Positions 1 through 8,679 of a stretch of 54,692 bases of DNA are shown here, one piece after another. Below the pieces are notes generated by a model. That model had not been told where the DNA came from. It did not search any database and worked only from the letters and a program-made list of their open reading frames with translations. Source of the DNA: Puniceicoccales bacterium (GTDB taxonomy: Bacteria > Verrucomicrobiota > Verrucomicrobiia > Opitutales > UBA953); NCBI GenBank assembly GCA_031285745.1, contig JAITVQ010000161.1, positions 1 through 54,692 of the forward strand, in the 5' to 3' direction. The translations under genes and the position numbers were made by a program. The stretch's first letter is position 1, and each line of letters starts with the position of its first letter.

Positions 1-53
1 TGTAACGGCAGGAAAGTAATGTAAAGGGTCGCGTCGGAAAAGATGAAAAGGGT
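1..53 (+). repeat. Left terminal inverted repeat and putative transposase-binding end (attL-like)
   Basis: TGTAACG, then GCAGGAAA at 8-15, then AAAGGGT at 23-29 and again at 47-53. The same motif order occurs in reverse complement at 36967-36998. Confidence 0.55.
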
Positions 54-88
54 TGTTTTGCGTAACGCGGCGGGTCCGCAGGACCGCT

Positions 89-112
89 GCGGGGTGCCCG
101 CAGGTACCCCGC
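89..112 (-). terminator. GC-rich hairpin downstream of the last late gene (weak terminator candidate)
   Basis: GCGGGGT at 89-95 pairs with ACCCCGC at 106-112, with a 10-nt loop. It lies between the Dam stop codon (129) and the phage end. There is no clear U-tract. Confidence 0.25.
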
Positions 113-128
113 GACCCGGTAGCCGGGA

Positions 129-965
129 TCAGGCGACCGCCCGGCGACCCTTTTGTGGAAATTTGAGCGTAGCGAGGTCGGAAGGTGCCAGCGCAGGGTG
201 AAACACCAGCAACTCGCCCGAGTCCTTGGCACTTCCATTCTTCGCCAGGCTGTACCGGATGGACATGGGCTGCGCCGGTAATCCGGAGAACACTTTCCGG
301 CATTCCGGAGAGTCATCGCAGGTAAGTAGCCACTGTCCCTTCAATTTATCCAACCGACGCCGGACACGGGCCATGTCAGCGGCAGTAAAGGCCGCGTAGG
401 CGGTATCCCCGCAGTTGACGTAGGGCGGGTCGAAGAAAAAGAACGCGTCCGGAGCGTCATAGAATTCGACTACCTTTTCCCAGTCCCCGCACTCGATGGT
501 TACCCGCTCCAGGCGGACGGCCAGTTGGTCGATAAGTGGGACCAGTCGATCAGCGTCCCACCCGTGGAAGTCGCGTCGGTCCCGCCCCCAGGTCTGACCC
601 TGTGAACCAAAAGAGCACACTTTCAGGAGGTACCAGCGGGCGGCTCGCTGCAAGTCCGTGAAGCCCGGATTGCGGAGCAGGTCGAGGAAGTTGGCCCGTG
701 CGTTGATATAGCCCCGCAATTCCCCGATGAGCGCCTCTTTATGGAAGCGCACGTAACGGTAGAAAGCGACCATATCACCATCGGCGTCGTTGATTACTTC
801 CAGATGTGCGGGAGATTTGGCCAGGAGGACGGCACATCCCCCGCAAAACGGTTCCCCATAGACCCGATGCTCCGGGATATGCGGGAGAATGTGTTTGAGG
901 AGGCGGCGCTTGCCACCGGGATGGGCAAAAGCCGGTTTAAATGGCAGGATGTTTTTGTCGGGCAT
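129..965 (-). CDS. Dam-type (D12 class) N6-adenine DNA methyltransferase
   Basis: 278-aa ORF with an FCGG SAM-binding-like motif near the N-terminus (EPFCGGCAV) and the catalytic DPPY motif (FFFDPPYVN). This motif order is typical of Dam-family enzymes. Confidence 0.85.
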   Translation of the reverse strand: MPDKNILPFKPAFAHPGGKRRLLKHILPHIPEHRVYGEPFCGGCAVLLAKSPAHLEVINDADGDMVAFYRYVRFHKEALIGELRGYINARANFLDLLRNPGFTDLQRAARWYLLKVCSFGSQGQTWGRDRRDFHGWDADRLVPLIDQLAVRLERVTIECGDWEKVVEFYDAPDAFFFFDPPYVNCGDTAYAAFTAADMARVRRRLDKLKGQWLLTCDDSPECRKVFSGLPAQPMSIRYSLAKNGSAKDSGELLVFHPALAPSDLATLKFPQKGRRAVA

Positions 966-978
966 GGCAGGGAAAGGG

Positions 979-1698
979 TCAGTGAATGAGAGTCTGGACG
1001 TATTTACACAGCGCCGGGATGCGCTCGGGCAGCAGTGGGTCTAGCAATGCCACCGGAGCCCAGGGAGGTAGCCCGTTCATGGGATGCCGGAGTGGCTTCC
1101 AGTAGTGATCCTCAAGATCGGCGATGCCCCCGGCATCGATCACCGCCCGGTGGACGCAGAGGTCCTCGGCAGTGGGCGTCCAGCGATTAGAGAAAACCGG
1201 CCCGTCGTAGGTATAGGTCGTTTTACGGGTCTTTTTTGGGTCGGACGGGTCAGGCTCGGTCGGCGAGTCCGGGACCTGGTATTTTTCAACGAAAGCCCGA
1301 ATCGCGTCCGGGACATGGCGATTGATAACATAGCAGCCCCCTGAAAGGCACCCGCCAATACGCACTCCACGCACATGGGCAACGTCCTCCTGGATCGGAT
1401 CATTCAGAATGGCCATTTTTAACAGGCCAGCGTCGCTGTCACATTTTTCCACGACGTCGAAGCCTTGGGCAAAGATGCCATCGAGCACCCCGGCATACCC
1501 CTTCAGGAATATCCCGCCGTTCAAATTACCGCCAAAAGAGAAATCGCAGACAATCTTCGTGGCACCGGCCATGATCTCGATGTCCACATCCTTTTCCTCT
1601 ACGCAGACGAAGTGGTGATCGATCCCTTGGGCGATCGCACCGGTGGCCTTGGCAATTTCGGCATGCTTGGCACAGGTAAAGGTGAGGCGAGCTTTCAT
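979..1698 (-). CDS. Hypothetical protein, late operon, between GT25 and Dam
   Basis: 239-aa ORF tightly packed with its neighbours (gaps of 14 and 4 nt). No recognisable motif. Confidence 0.6.
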   Translation of the reverse strand: MKARLTFTCAKHAEIAKATGAIAQGIDHHFVCVEEKDVDIEIMAGATKIVCDFSFGGNLNGGIFLKGYAGVLDGIFAQGFDVVEKCDSDAGLLKMAILNDPIQEDVAHVRGVRIGGCLSGGCYVINRHVPDAIRAFVEKYQVPDSPTEPDPSDPKKTRKTTYTYDGPVFSNRWTPTAEDLCVHRAVIDAGGIADLEDHYWKPLRHPMNGLPPWAPVALLDPLLPERIPALCKYVQTLIH

Positions 1699-1701
1699 GA
1701 T

Positions 1702-2355
1702 TTAGAGGGCTTTGTTGGAAGGTTTGACGAAGTGACCGGCAATATCGCTTATATCCGGATTCTGATAGGCGGGCATGTCCACCATCCGGAACGCCAGGAT
1801 GTTCGGATGCTGCGTTTCCATGAAAAAGTCCCACTCCCGCCCGGACACCTGGAGCGCGGGGAGGAGCTTTTCGGCAGCCTGTCTAGTCCATAGGATCGCG
1901 GTGCAAAGCCGGGCTCCAGTGAGCTGCCGCCAGTAATCATTCACCGGTGTGGTCGGCGTGCGATCATGAGCCGAGAAATACAGCACATCCCATTTCTTGG
2001 GGAGGTTGGCCATGGCCGCGTCAACCTTGACTGCAGCATCATCCACCCAGTGGCAATCGTCCTGGCAGATCAACGCTTGCTCATGTTCGGTCCCGAGAAA
2101 CCATTCCAGGGCCTTAATGCCCGCCCGCTTGCAGCCGACAGCGCCGAGGGCATAGTTACCCCGCAAATTCTCGGCAGACCCGTAGGCTTCCATTTCGCAC
2201 ACCTCATCGAGCAGGATGGATGATCGATCGGGACGAACCCCGTCGATAAAGATCGGCGTAGGCATACCTACCTTTGTCCAGTTGGCCCGGAGGCGTTCCT
2301 GCCGATCGGTCCGTGACTTGAGAGAAATTACCCTGTTAGGAATATGATCGAGCAT
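1702..2355 (-). CDS. Glycosyltransferase family 25-like protein
   Basis: 217-aa ORF. The N-terminus VISLKSRTDRQERL, followed by AVGCKRAGIKAL and ICQDDC, resembles the GT25 signature (LOS/LPS beta-galactosyltransferases and collagen galactosyltransferases). Assigned from memory of the family pattern. Confidence 0.6.
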   Translation of the reverse strand: MLDHIPNRVISLKSRTDRQERLRANWTKVGMPTPIFIDGVRPDRSSILLDEVCEMEAYGSAENLRGNYALGAVGCKRAGIKALEWFLGTEHEQALICQDDCHWVDDAAVKVDAAMANLPKKWDVLYFSAHDRTPTTPVNDYWRQLTGARLCTAILWTRQAAEKLLPALQVSGREWDFFMETQHPNILAFRMVDMPAYQNPDISDIAGHFVKPSNKAL

Positions 2356-2361
2356 GGCTGG

Positions 2362-3504
2362 TTAGAAGTAAAGGGGGGCGGATTTGAGCGTGCCGTTGGC
2401 GTTCATTTCCCAAAAAAGCTGCGTGAACGAAGTGTTCACCCGCATGCAGGCTTGGCCGAGGTTCAACTCTCCGGCAGCCTCGGTCCCGGTAGCTTTGCTG
2501 ACCGGGATCATGGGGGTATCACTGACCCGAACAGTCATGGCCACGGTGCCGACTTCGCCGTTGATCGTAAGTCCCCCGATGAGGCCAGTCCCGCCACCGC
2601 CACCTGCGGCGGTTGTATCGGTGGAGGTACTGGTTCCCGAAGGGTCCTTGCTGGGGTCAAAAACCCCGATCAGCATGGAGTAAGGCTGCGTTGCTTTCGC
2701 GTTAGCTCCGATCGCACTGGAAAACAATCCATCGGCGCGGGCATTTCGGCCAAGGACCAGTGTGTAGTCATTAAGCGCATAAGCCGATGGCCCCAGTGCG
2801 ACGCTGCCCATGCCGTACACTCTGGTGTCCGATCCGATCCCAATTGAGTAGGCTCCATCCACAAAAGACCAGTAGCCGATATTGATGGCATTAACCCCTT
2901 CGCAAGTGCCAGGTGACGAAGGCGGGGCAATCCAGATCGAACGGGCTCCATGCACTCCAGAAGGTATGCCTAGATGCCCGATGAACAAGGCACCATATCC
3001 AGAAGAGCCAGCATCCCTGATGGCTCGAACCAGTAAATCCTTGGCCCGGACCACTCCCGTCCCACTCCCGCTTTGCACATCAAGCGTAGCTGCGTATTTT
3101 ACCACGCCGGAAACGGTTTCCGTCGCCTCCACAATTTGCCCCTGGCTTACCAGATCGTTCAGTGTCGCAAACCGGTTGGTAGCACTTGCCCCTGGGGCAG
3201 CCAGGATGGCCTGACGATAGAGCGGCGACAGGGCGAGTGCCTCCACAGTAGTCACCCGCTGGCCCAAGGCTGTCACATTACTGGTCAGTATAGCCACACT
3301 GGCGCGAATTTCGGAGGTAACGTCAGGGATCAATTCCTGATTAAACATCCCTGTCTCCGGATCAATCAGGAGGGAGAATTCGACATTACCCTCGGCATCG
3401 GTTGTGCCCGTGCGGGTGCCGACCAACTCCAACGGCAGCATGAAGTCAGGCGGCGCGGACAATTCTCCGGTTTCGGTATCATAAATGAGGGCGAGTTGAG
3501 GCAT
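2362..3504 (-). CDS. Tail fibre protein with YadA-head/Hep_Hag-like repeats
   Basis: 380 aa. It has the ATETVSGVVKYATLDVQSGSGTG motif common in phage fibres. A degenerate repeat run follows (SIGIGSDTRVYGMGSVALGPSAYALNDYTLVLGRNARADGLFSSAIGANAKA, aa 205-281, nt 2662-2892), then a Gly run. It sits in the distal tail module. Confidence 0.7.
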   Translation of the reverse strand: MPQLALIYDTETGELSAPPDFMLPLELVGTRTGTTDAEGNVEFSLLIDPETGMFNQELIPDVTSEIRASVAILTSNVTALGQRVTTVEALALSPLYRQAILAAPGASATNRFATLNDLVSQGQIVEATETVSGVVKYAATLDVQSGSGTGVVRAKDLLVRAIRDAGSSGYGALFIGHLGIPSGVHGARSIWIAPPSSPGTCEGVNAINIGYWSFVDGAYSIGIGSDTRVYGMGSVALGPSAYALNDYTLVLGRNARADGLFSSAIGANAKATQPYSMLIGVFDPSKDPSGTSTSTDTTAAGGGGGTGLIGGLTINGEVGTVAMTVRVSDTPMIPVSKATGTEAAGELNLGQACMRVNTSFTQLFWEMNANGTLKSAPLYF

Positions 3505-3515
3505 GTGGAGTGTAG

Positions 3516-3959
3516 TTAAGATTCAGCCACCGTCCACGACTGCAAATCCGGTTTATTCTCCGCAGCCAATGCCTGGGCATCTTCCAGGCTGGCCTGCTCT
3601 TCAAATCGATCGCGCTTCATGTCGAAGGGAACTTCCGTGACCAGCAGATGAAACACCTTGTTTTCATCGCGGTATGGAATCACCTCGAATGGCGACATGG
3701 CGAAGGTTTGCCCCGGCCAAAGCTGGGCGATCAACCCCTGGGCATAGGCCAGCCGGTTATAGAGTGACTCCAGGCGTCCATTTTTTGACAGGATGTCGCA
3801 GACCGCTTGGGGTGTTTTGTTTTTGGTATTCCAGATCAAGGCGACCGCCGTGTCAGAAGCGACGACCAAGGTGCCCAGGAGCGCATTGGAAATACCATCG
3901 GCAGTTTCGTTGATTGCGATGATGGCCTGCATTTCGGCCATGGAGAGTTCGTTTGCCAT
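3516..3959 (-). CDS. Hypothetical protein between the two fibre genes (possible fibre assembly or adaptor protein)
   Basis: I start this at the ATG at 3959 (MANELSMAEMQ...), 11 nt after the stop of the upstream fibre gene. The longer ORF call up to 4172 would overlap that gene by 200 nt. Confidence 0.5.
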   Translation of the reverse strand: MANELSMAEMQAIIAINETADGISNALLGTLVVASDTAVALIWNTKNKTPQAVCDILSKNGRLESLYNRLAYAQGLIAQLWPGQTFAMSPFEVIPYRDENKVFHLLVTEVPFDMKRDRFEEQASLEDAQALAAENKPDLQSWTVAES

Positions 3960-3969
3960 AAGTGTGTGT

Positions 3970-6384
3970 TTAAGGGATGTTTTGAATGAGAGCGCCGTCA
4001 TGGGCTCCGGTGAGAATGTTGGCGGCAGTGAGATTGCGGACGGCGATCGACACATTGCCCTGGGAGGTGCAGCGCGGACCATTTTTGACAACCAGTCCGG
4101 CAGGCAGTGCCGTTGCTCCTGGTGTCCAGACCAGTGCATCACCGGGCATAATGGAGCCGATTTGCGTGGCATGCGCTGCTGTGAGCAAAACAGCGGCTTC
4201 CCCGTTGGCAGGGATGTTAGTAGTTGGCCATGTTACAGGGATTGTTCGTTCCTGCACCCGTGGTGCCACTGGGATGATTACGGAAAGATGGCCGAGGGTA
4301 AGGTTGCTTCCGGTTCGTGATACCCAGCGGCCCATTGGTGAAATTCCGTCTGGGCCATAATCACCGACACAACCGAGAATTTCCACGCGAAGTTTTTTGA
4401 TTACACTCCGGCCCGTCCCATAATTGCGAAATGACAAATACAACAGGCGCGAAGTGATTTTCACCACCTCTGAAAAGCTCTTTCCGGTTACTGGTGTAAA
4501 AATGCCAAAACCAAGATTTCCCACACCCTCAAAATTAAAAAATCCACCTTCATTTATTTCGCAGTCTCCAGAAATGCGAACATAAGCCCCCGACTTTAAC
4601 CGCAACAACCGGGAATCATCAATGCCACATTGCCTCTGCGTTCCTGTAGATGTGACATCCAAGGTCTCATTTTCAAAAGAAAATGAATCAAATGCATATA
4701 TCCCGAAACCGTAATTAAGCCATGCGTTGAGATTGGCCTCAATGGCAAAATTGTCGCCCGGCGCTACCCCGTAATCAAAACAGTCATTGATTTCATCCAG
4801 TGACAAAATCCGGTTGTAAACCTTATGATCATCGCACCAGCCCGCAAATTCACCATAACCAGCAGGGTGAGACGAGAGCACACGCTGGACAGTTCCGGTG
4901 ACAGTCCATGGCACCGCGACAGGAGAATATTCAACTCCATTGACCACCGCCTGCACCTGATTGGTGGCCTGATACCACCGAATGGCTAATTTCCACCTTG
5001 CGCCTCTGTAAATATAAACAGGCGCAATTTGAATTGCGGGGCGGCCTTCGCTTGAAACGAAAAGCCCAACTTCATTCGTACTTAATCCATTTCGCGAATA
5101 GATGGCAAAATTGTCCCCGCCGATAATTACACCCCTAAAATAATACTCGCCGCTTAAATAGTCTCCGCCCTCAACGCGTAGTACAAAAGTCCTGTCTTTG
5201 TCTAGTATAGGTGGGCTGTCATAGATAAAACCTCCTCCAATACCCCCTCCGTCCAGCCCCATAGAAAAAGCACCTCCTTTACCCCGGTTGCCGACTTCTA
5301 CCACCTGCAGCCGCTCCTCGGCCACTGTGTCGCCATCATCACCCTTGATCCCCTGGTCGCCCTTATCACCTTTATCGCCCTTGTCTCCCTTCTCGCCCTG
5401 GATGCCTTGCAGCCCCTGATCTCCCTTGTTGCCCTTCGCCCCCGCCAACTGCAGCAGGAGCATCTTGTCCCCGGCTTCCAGGTCAGCCGTGAAATCATTC
5501 CGAATGGCAACCAGCAAGACCGTCGCGCCCTCGATGCCGGTCACCTGCGCCCGACCCAGTCCGGCGAGATTCACCACGCTCCCTGGCGTGATCCAGGCGA
5601 CGAGATTTGCATCGGTCACCGTGACAGTGAACCCTTGGCCTACTGTGGGCTTGGTGACAGCACCAGGGGTGAAGGAAATTTCAAACGGATCGACCAGCGG
5701 CACATCGTCGGGCGATTCATACCCCGGCCCGATCTGGAAGGTCGTGTGACCTGCCTCCCCGACCAGTGTCACCTGGTGCCAAAGTCCAGTCTCTGAATTG
5801 TACCAGGCAAATGATCCACGCAGCACTTTGCTCATCCAGAGCGCCAGGGCCTGCAATTCCGCCCGGCTGACCAGATCTTCCGGTGGCGGCCAGGTTTGTC
5901 CGGCATCAGTTGGAGGGGCTTCATCGCCCTGGTAATTCTCGCGGACGATGACGATATCGCGCTGGAAGGTCAACCGGCGCGCATTACCCACCGACTGCAG
6001 TTCGATATCCAGTTTGGCAGAGATGCTAACGGCGCTCTCGCCCAGGGCCGCCTTGATCTGAGTCGTATTCAAGTCGAGGATGGCCTCGTAGTGCTCGCCG
6101 GAGCCATCATCGACTAGTTTGAAATCAGCCGCGATGGCCAGCAGGGTGCCGCTTTGCTTGATGGCATAGACGATTGGCCCGTTGGCCCGAACCAGCTCAT
6201 GAGGCTGCCCAACCGAGGTCGTTACCGGCGAACAAGGCCACAGCCTCAATAGCACCGTGTCGCCCTGGACGTGCTGCAGCGTGCCGACCTTGTTGGTCGA
6301 GATCAGGGAGACAAAGCATTCGCAGGGCACTTGCGGCCCGCGTATATTGAGAAAGACATCCGAGGTTTGATTGAATTGTGCCAT
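3970..6384 (-). CDS. Large tail fibre or host-specificity protein with a collagen-like triple-helix repeat and a LamG/ConA-like lectin-type domain
   Basis: 804 aa. There are 12-13 uninterrupted G-X-Y triplets at aa 315-352. The following lower-GC segment ends in GWCDDHKVYNRILSLDEINDCF, which resembles the end of LamG-type domains. Confidence 0.8.
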   Translation of the reverse strand: MAQFNQTSDVFLNIRGPQVPCECFVSLISTNKVGTLQHVQGDTVLLRLWPCSPVTTSVGQPHELVRANGPIVYAIKQSGTLLAIAADFKLVDDGSGEHYEAILDLNTTQIKAALGESAVSISAKLDIELQSVGNARRLTFQRDIVIVRENYQGDEAPPTDAGQTWPPPEDLVSRAELQALALWMSKVLRGSFAWYNSETGLWHQVTLVGEAGHTTFQIGPGYESPDDVPLVDPFEISFTPGAVTKPTVGQGFTVTVTDANLVAWITPGSVVNLAGLGRAQVTGIEGATVLLVAIRNDFTADLEAGDKMLLLQLAGAKGNKGDQGLQGIQGEKGDKGDKGDKGDQGIKGDDGDTVAEERLQVVEVGNRGKGGAFSMGLDGGGIGGGFIYDSPPILDKDRTFVLRVEGGDYLSGEYYFRGVIIGGDNFAIYSRNGLSTNEVGLFVSSEGRPAIQIAPVYIYRGARWKLAIRWYQATNQVQAVVNGVEYSPVAVPWTVTGTVQRVLSSHPAGYGEFAGWCDDHKVYNRILSLDEINDCFDYGVAPGDNFAIEANLNAWLNYGFGIYAFDSFSFENETLDVTSTGTQRQCGIDDSRLLRLKSGAYVRISGDCEINEGGFFNFEGVGNLGFGIFTPVTGKSFSEVVKITSRLLYLSFRNYGTGRSVIKKLRVEILGCVGDYGPDGISPMGRWVSRTGSNLTLGHLSVIIPVAPRVQERTIPVTWPTTNIPANGEAAVLLTAAHATQIGSIMPGDALVWTPGATALPAGLVVKNGPRCTSQGNVSIAVRNLTAANILTGAHDGALIQNIP
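5329..5442 (-). repeat. Collagen-like G-X-Y coding repeat
   Basis: GAKGNKGDQGLQGIQGEKGDKGDKGDKGDQGIKGDDGD. Lys occupies the Y position in 7 triplets. Confidence 0.9.
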
Positions 6385-6403
6385 GGTTTTCAGTTGTTAA
6401 AGA

Positions 6404-7198
6404 TTACACCCGCGTCCCCTTGAGGGCCTTGTTGGGATAGCCTCCGGTCATGCTGGCCGAGTATGTGGCCTCGATGCCGGGAAAGGTGGTCGTGGAGCCG
6501 TCGTTATTGGTTGAGCCCAGCGCCACCCAGTAGGCCGAGATATCCTTGCCGGGCTCGATGACTGGAAAGCCGCCGACCTTGCGGGTGGGATAGACTTTCA
6601 AGTCATCGCGATTGATGGTGCCGTCTTTCTCGTAGATATCGGCCTTGTTCACACTGCCGAAGAGACAGTGCCAGCCTTTCTCGGCAGTGAATTCCGTATA
6701 ATAGACCGGCTCAAATCCCGGCGTCCACCCCTCGGCTCCATGCTCCTGTTCAGACCACATCACCCGGTAGCTGGTACCGGGGCGCAGGCCGATGCACAGG
6801 ATGGCCATGTACATCGGCGCGAAAATCGGATCGCCTCCATTATTGCTGTAGGCGCTGTGGCCGAAGGTCGCCCATTCATGCTTAACATGCAACTCGTACA
6901 CCTCCGACTCGGACACCATGAAGAGCGACGCCTGCGGGCCGCCCAGGCGAGGTCCACCGCCACCGGGAACCTGTGACTTGCGTGGCCCGATCCAGCCAGT
7001 GTTTGGCACGAATGAATTGGTGGCAAACCCGGTGTAGTGGGTAAAGAGCAACCCTGGCGGTGCGTTTTGCTTGGTCCCGCAGCGCAGCGAGACCGCGCCT
7101 TGATGATAGCCCCCGCCTATGCCGTAAACCGACTCGCCCCGGATCGACGGCCAGCCGTTCTGCGCTACCTGGATGACTCTGCCGCGCCTGGCTTTCAT
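6404..7198 (-). CDS. Hypothetical tail or baseplate-region protein
   Basis: Start chosen at the ATG at 7198 (MKARRGRV...), which forms an ATGA overlap with the stop of the upstream gene at 7195. 264 aa. Located in the tail module. Confidence 0.55.
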   Translation of the reverse strand: MKARRGRVIQVAQNGWPSIRGESVYGIGGGYHQGAVSLRCGTKQNAPPGLLFTHYTGFATNSFVPNTGWIGPRKSQVPGGGGPRLGGPQASLFMVSESEVYELHVKHEWATFGHSAYSNNGGDPIFAPMYMAILCIGLRPGTSYRVMWSEQEHGAEGWTPGFEPVYYTEFTAEKGWHCLFGSVNKADIYEKDGTINRDDLKVYPTRKVGGFPVIEPGKDISAYWVALGSTNNDGSTTTFPGIEATYSASMTGGYPNKALKGTRV

Positions 7199-7830
7199 GC
7201 TGCTTCCTCCTTGGCAGATTGCGGAATCCATTCCGTGCCCGGTCCCATCCATATCCAGGTGCCGCCGTTGACGGTGGCCTGCAGCGAGGACGCATTGAAG
7301 GGCACCACTTCCCAGGCGGGCGTGTCACCCTCGCCGATATTGAAGATCCACCCGATCAGGTAGTATCCAATGTAGGCAGTGGAGGCCGGAGTGCTGGCAG
7401 AAAAGACGATGTTGACGTTGGAGGACGATGGCTGCGACTCGCCCTGTCCCAGGGAAAATTCGCACGAGGCCCAGATGCCGCCCTCCGACGCGATCCGGGC
7501 CGCCCACTCGGCGGGATCGGAGCCGACCATCGGCTGCCCTTCGCAGGTCGGGATGACATTGTTGATGTGGCCAGGCGTGACTGACCATTCCGCTCCGCCG
7601 ACCAGCACCGGCATCAGGAAAGTGGGCATTTCCACACTCTCGCCGCCGCCCCGGCGGGCCGGAGAGAAACGCTTGCGGTAGGAAAACCCATGCGTCGATT
7701 GCTCCATGAGCAAGCCTGTCCCTTGTTGCGGGATCAGCATCTTCAGGCATTCGATAACCTTTTGCCCCCACTCGGCAGTGAGAGGTTGGCCACGACGCGG
7801 TGGGGGTGGGATGAAGGAGCGGATCGACAT
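7195..7830 (-). CDS. Hypothetical tail-region protein
   Basis: 211-aa ORF. It starts 3 nt after the stop of the upstream gene and overlaps the downstream gene by ATGA. Confidence 0.55.
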   Translation of the reverse strand: MSIRSFIPPPPRRGQPLTAEWGQKVIECLKMLIPQQGTGLLMEQSTHGFSYRKRFSPARRGGGESVEMPTFLMPVLVGGAEWSVTPGHINNVIPTCEGQPMVGSDPAEWAARIASEGGIWASCEFSLGQGESQPSSSNVNIVFSASTPASTAYIGYYLIGWIFNIGEGDTPAWEVVPFNASSLQATVNGGTWIWMGPGTEWIPQSAKEEAA

Positions 7831-7832
7831 GG

Positions 7833-8675
7833 CTATTTGGCGTAGAGGTCCTCGTCGATTTCATCGGAGCCGGTCCACTCCTCGATGCGCTCTCCGCGAC
7901 CATACCTTCCCGTCCACGAGAATTGGTCGGTCGTCTTAATCCACTTAAAATCTTTTCCGTTCCCGCGTTTGGGTAGCTTGGAAAAACCCACAGGTTTCTC
8001 AATTTTCCCCGGACGCTCCGGGACGGGCTGGACTAGATGCTCTGTCGTTTTCCGGGCGACTGGCGCATAGAGCCGGTAGGATTCAATGCCTGCGTCCCAT
8101 TTTTCAAAAAACCCCTGAACAAAATCCTTCCAAGTCACCACACTCATATATTCATAGACTGCGGCCCGTTCATAGGGAGTCATTGATTTCATCAATTGAA
8201 TCAGGCCACCATTGGTGGTTACATATTCTTTTGATCCAAAGATTTTCTGAAGCCTGGCATCAAGATCACCATTACCCGTGTTAGTCCTAATCTTTGCTTC
8301 GTTCGCCATCGTCTCAGTGCCAAACTTGGGCTCCTCATTAAATATAGGATGGGTTTCGAGGGGCTTGTCGATTTCGACCCAAATCAACTCGAAACGAGGC
8401 TTGGACGGTTTATCATCTCCAGTTCCTTCGATCTCGGTATCGTCCCGCAGGGTCACGACAATCTTACCCCGTTCCATCGTCATCCGTGATACGGTCACTC
8501 GCTGGATAGCCCCTGGATACCCCTTGATGGTTTGCCCGCGCTTGGGCCGCCGCGCGATGCACTCCGCATAGGGACCCATATAGGTCAGGATGGTGGTACA
8601 GCCGTCCTGGTCGTAGGCCATCTCCAGGTCGGCCTGCAACTGCAGTTCGGTTGAACCTCTCCATTTGACAGCCAT
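7833..8675 (-). CDS. Hypothetical tail protein (distal-tail position, immediately after the tape measure)
   Basis: 280-aa ORF. The assignment is by position only. Confidence 0.5.
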   Translation of the reverse strand: MAVKWRGSTELQLQADLEMAYDQDGCTTILTYMGPYAECIARRPKRGQTIKGYPGAIQRVTVSRMTMERGKIVVTLRDDTEIEGTGDDKPSKPRFELIWVEIDKPLETHPIFNEEPKFGTETMANEAKIRTNTGNGDLDARLQKIFGSKEYVTTNGGLIQLMKSMTPYERAAVYEYMSVVTWKDFVQGFFEKWDAGIESYRLYAPVARKTTEHLVQPVPERPGKIEKPVGFSKLPKRGNGKDFKWIKTTDQFSWTGRYGRGERIEEWTGSDEIDEDLYAK

Positions 8676-8679
8676 AAGA

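Noticed and set aside
3960-4172. N-terminal extension of ORF 3516..4172
   Set aside because: It would overlap the 3' end of the 804-aa fibre gene by ~200 nt. An ATG at 3959 sits just after that gene's stop.
2362-6384. Invertible G-segment-like fibre switch or a diversity-generating retroelement
   Set aside because: No Gin/Hin-type invertase or reverse transcriptase is present anywhere in the prophage. There are also no oppositely oriented alternative fibre genes.
7199-7252. N-terminal extension of ORF 6404..7252
   Set aside because: The ATG at 7198 forms a typical ATGA coupling with the upstream stop.
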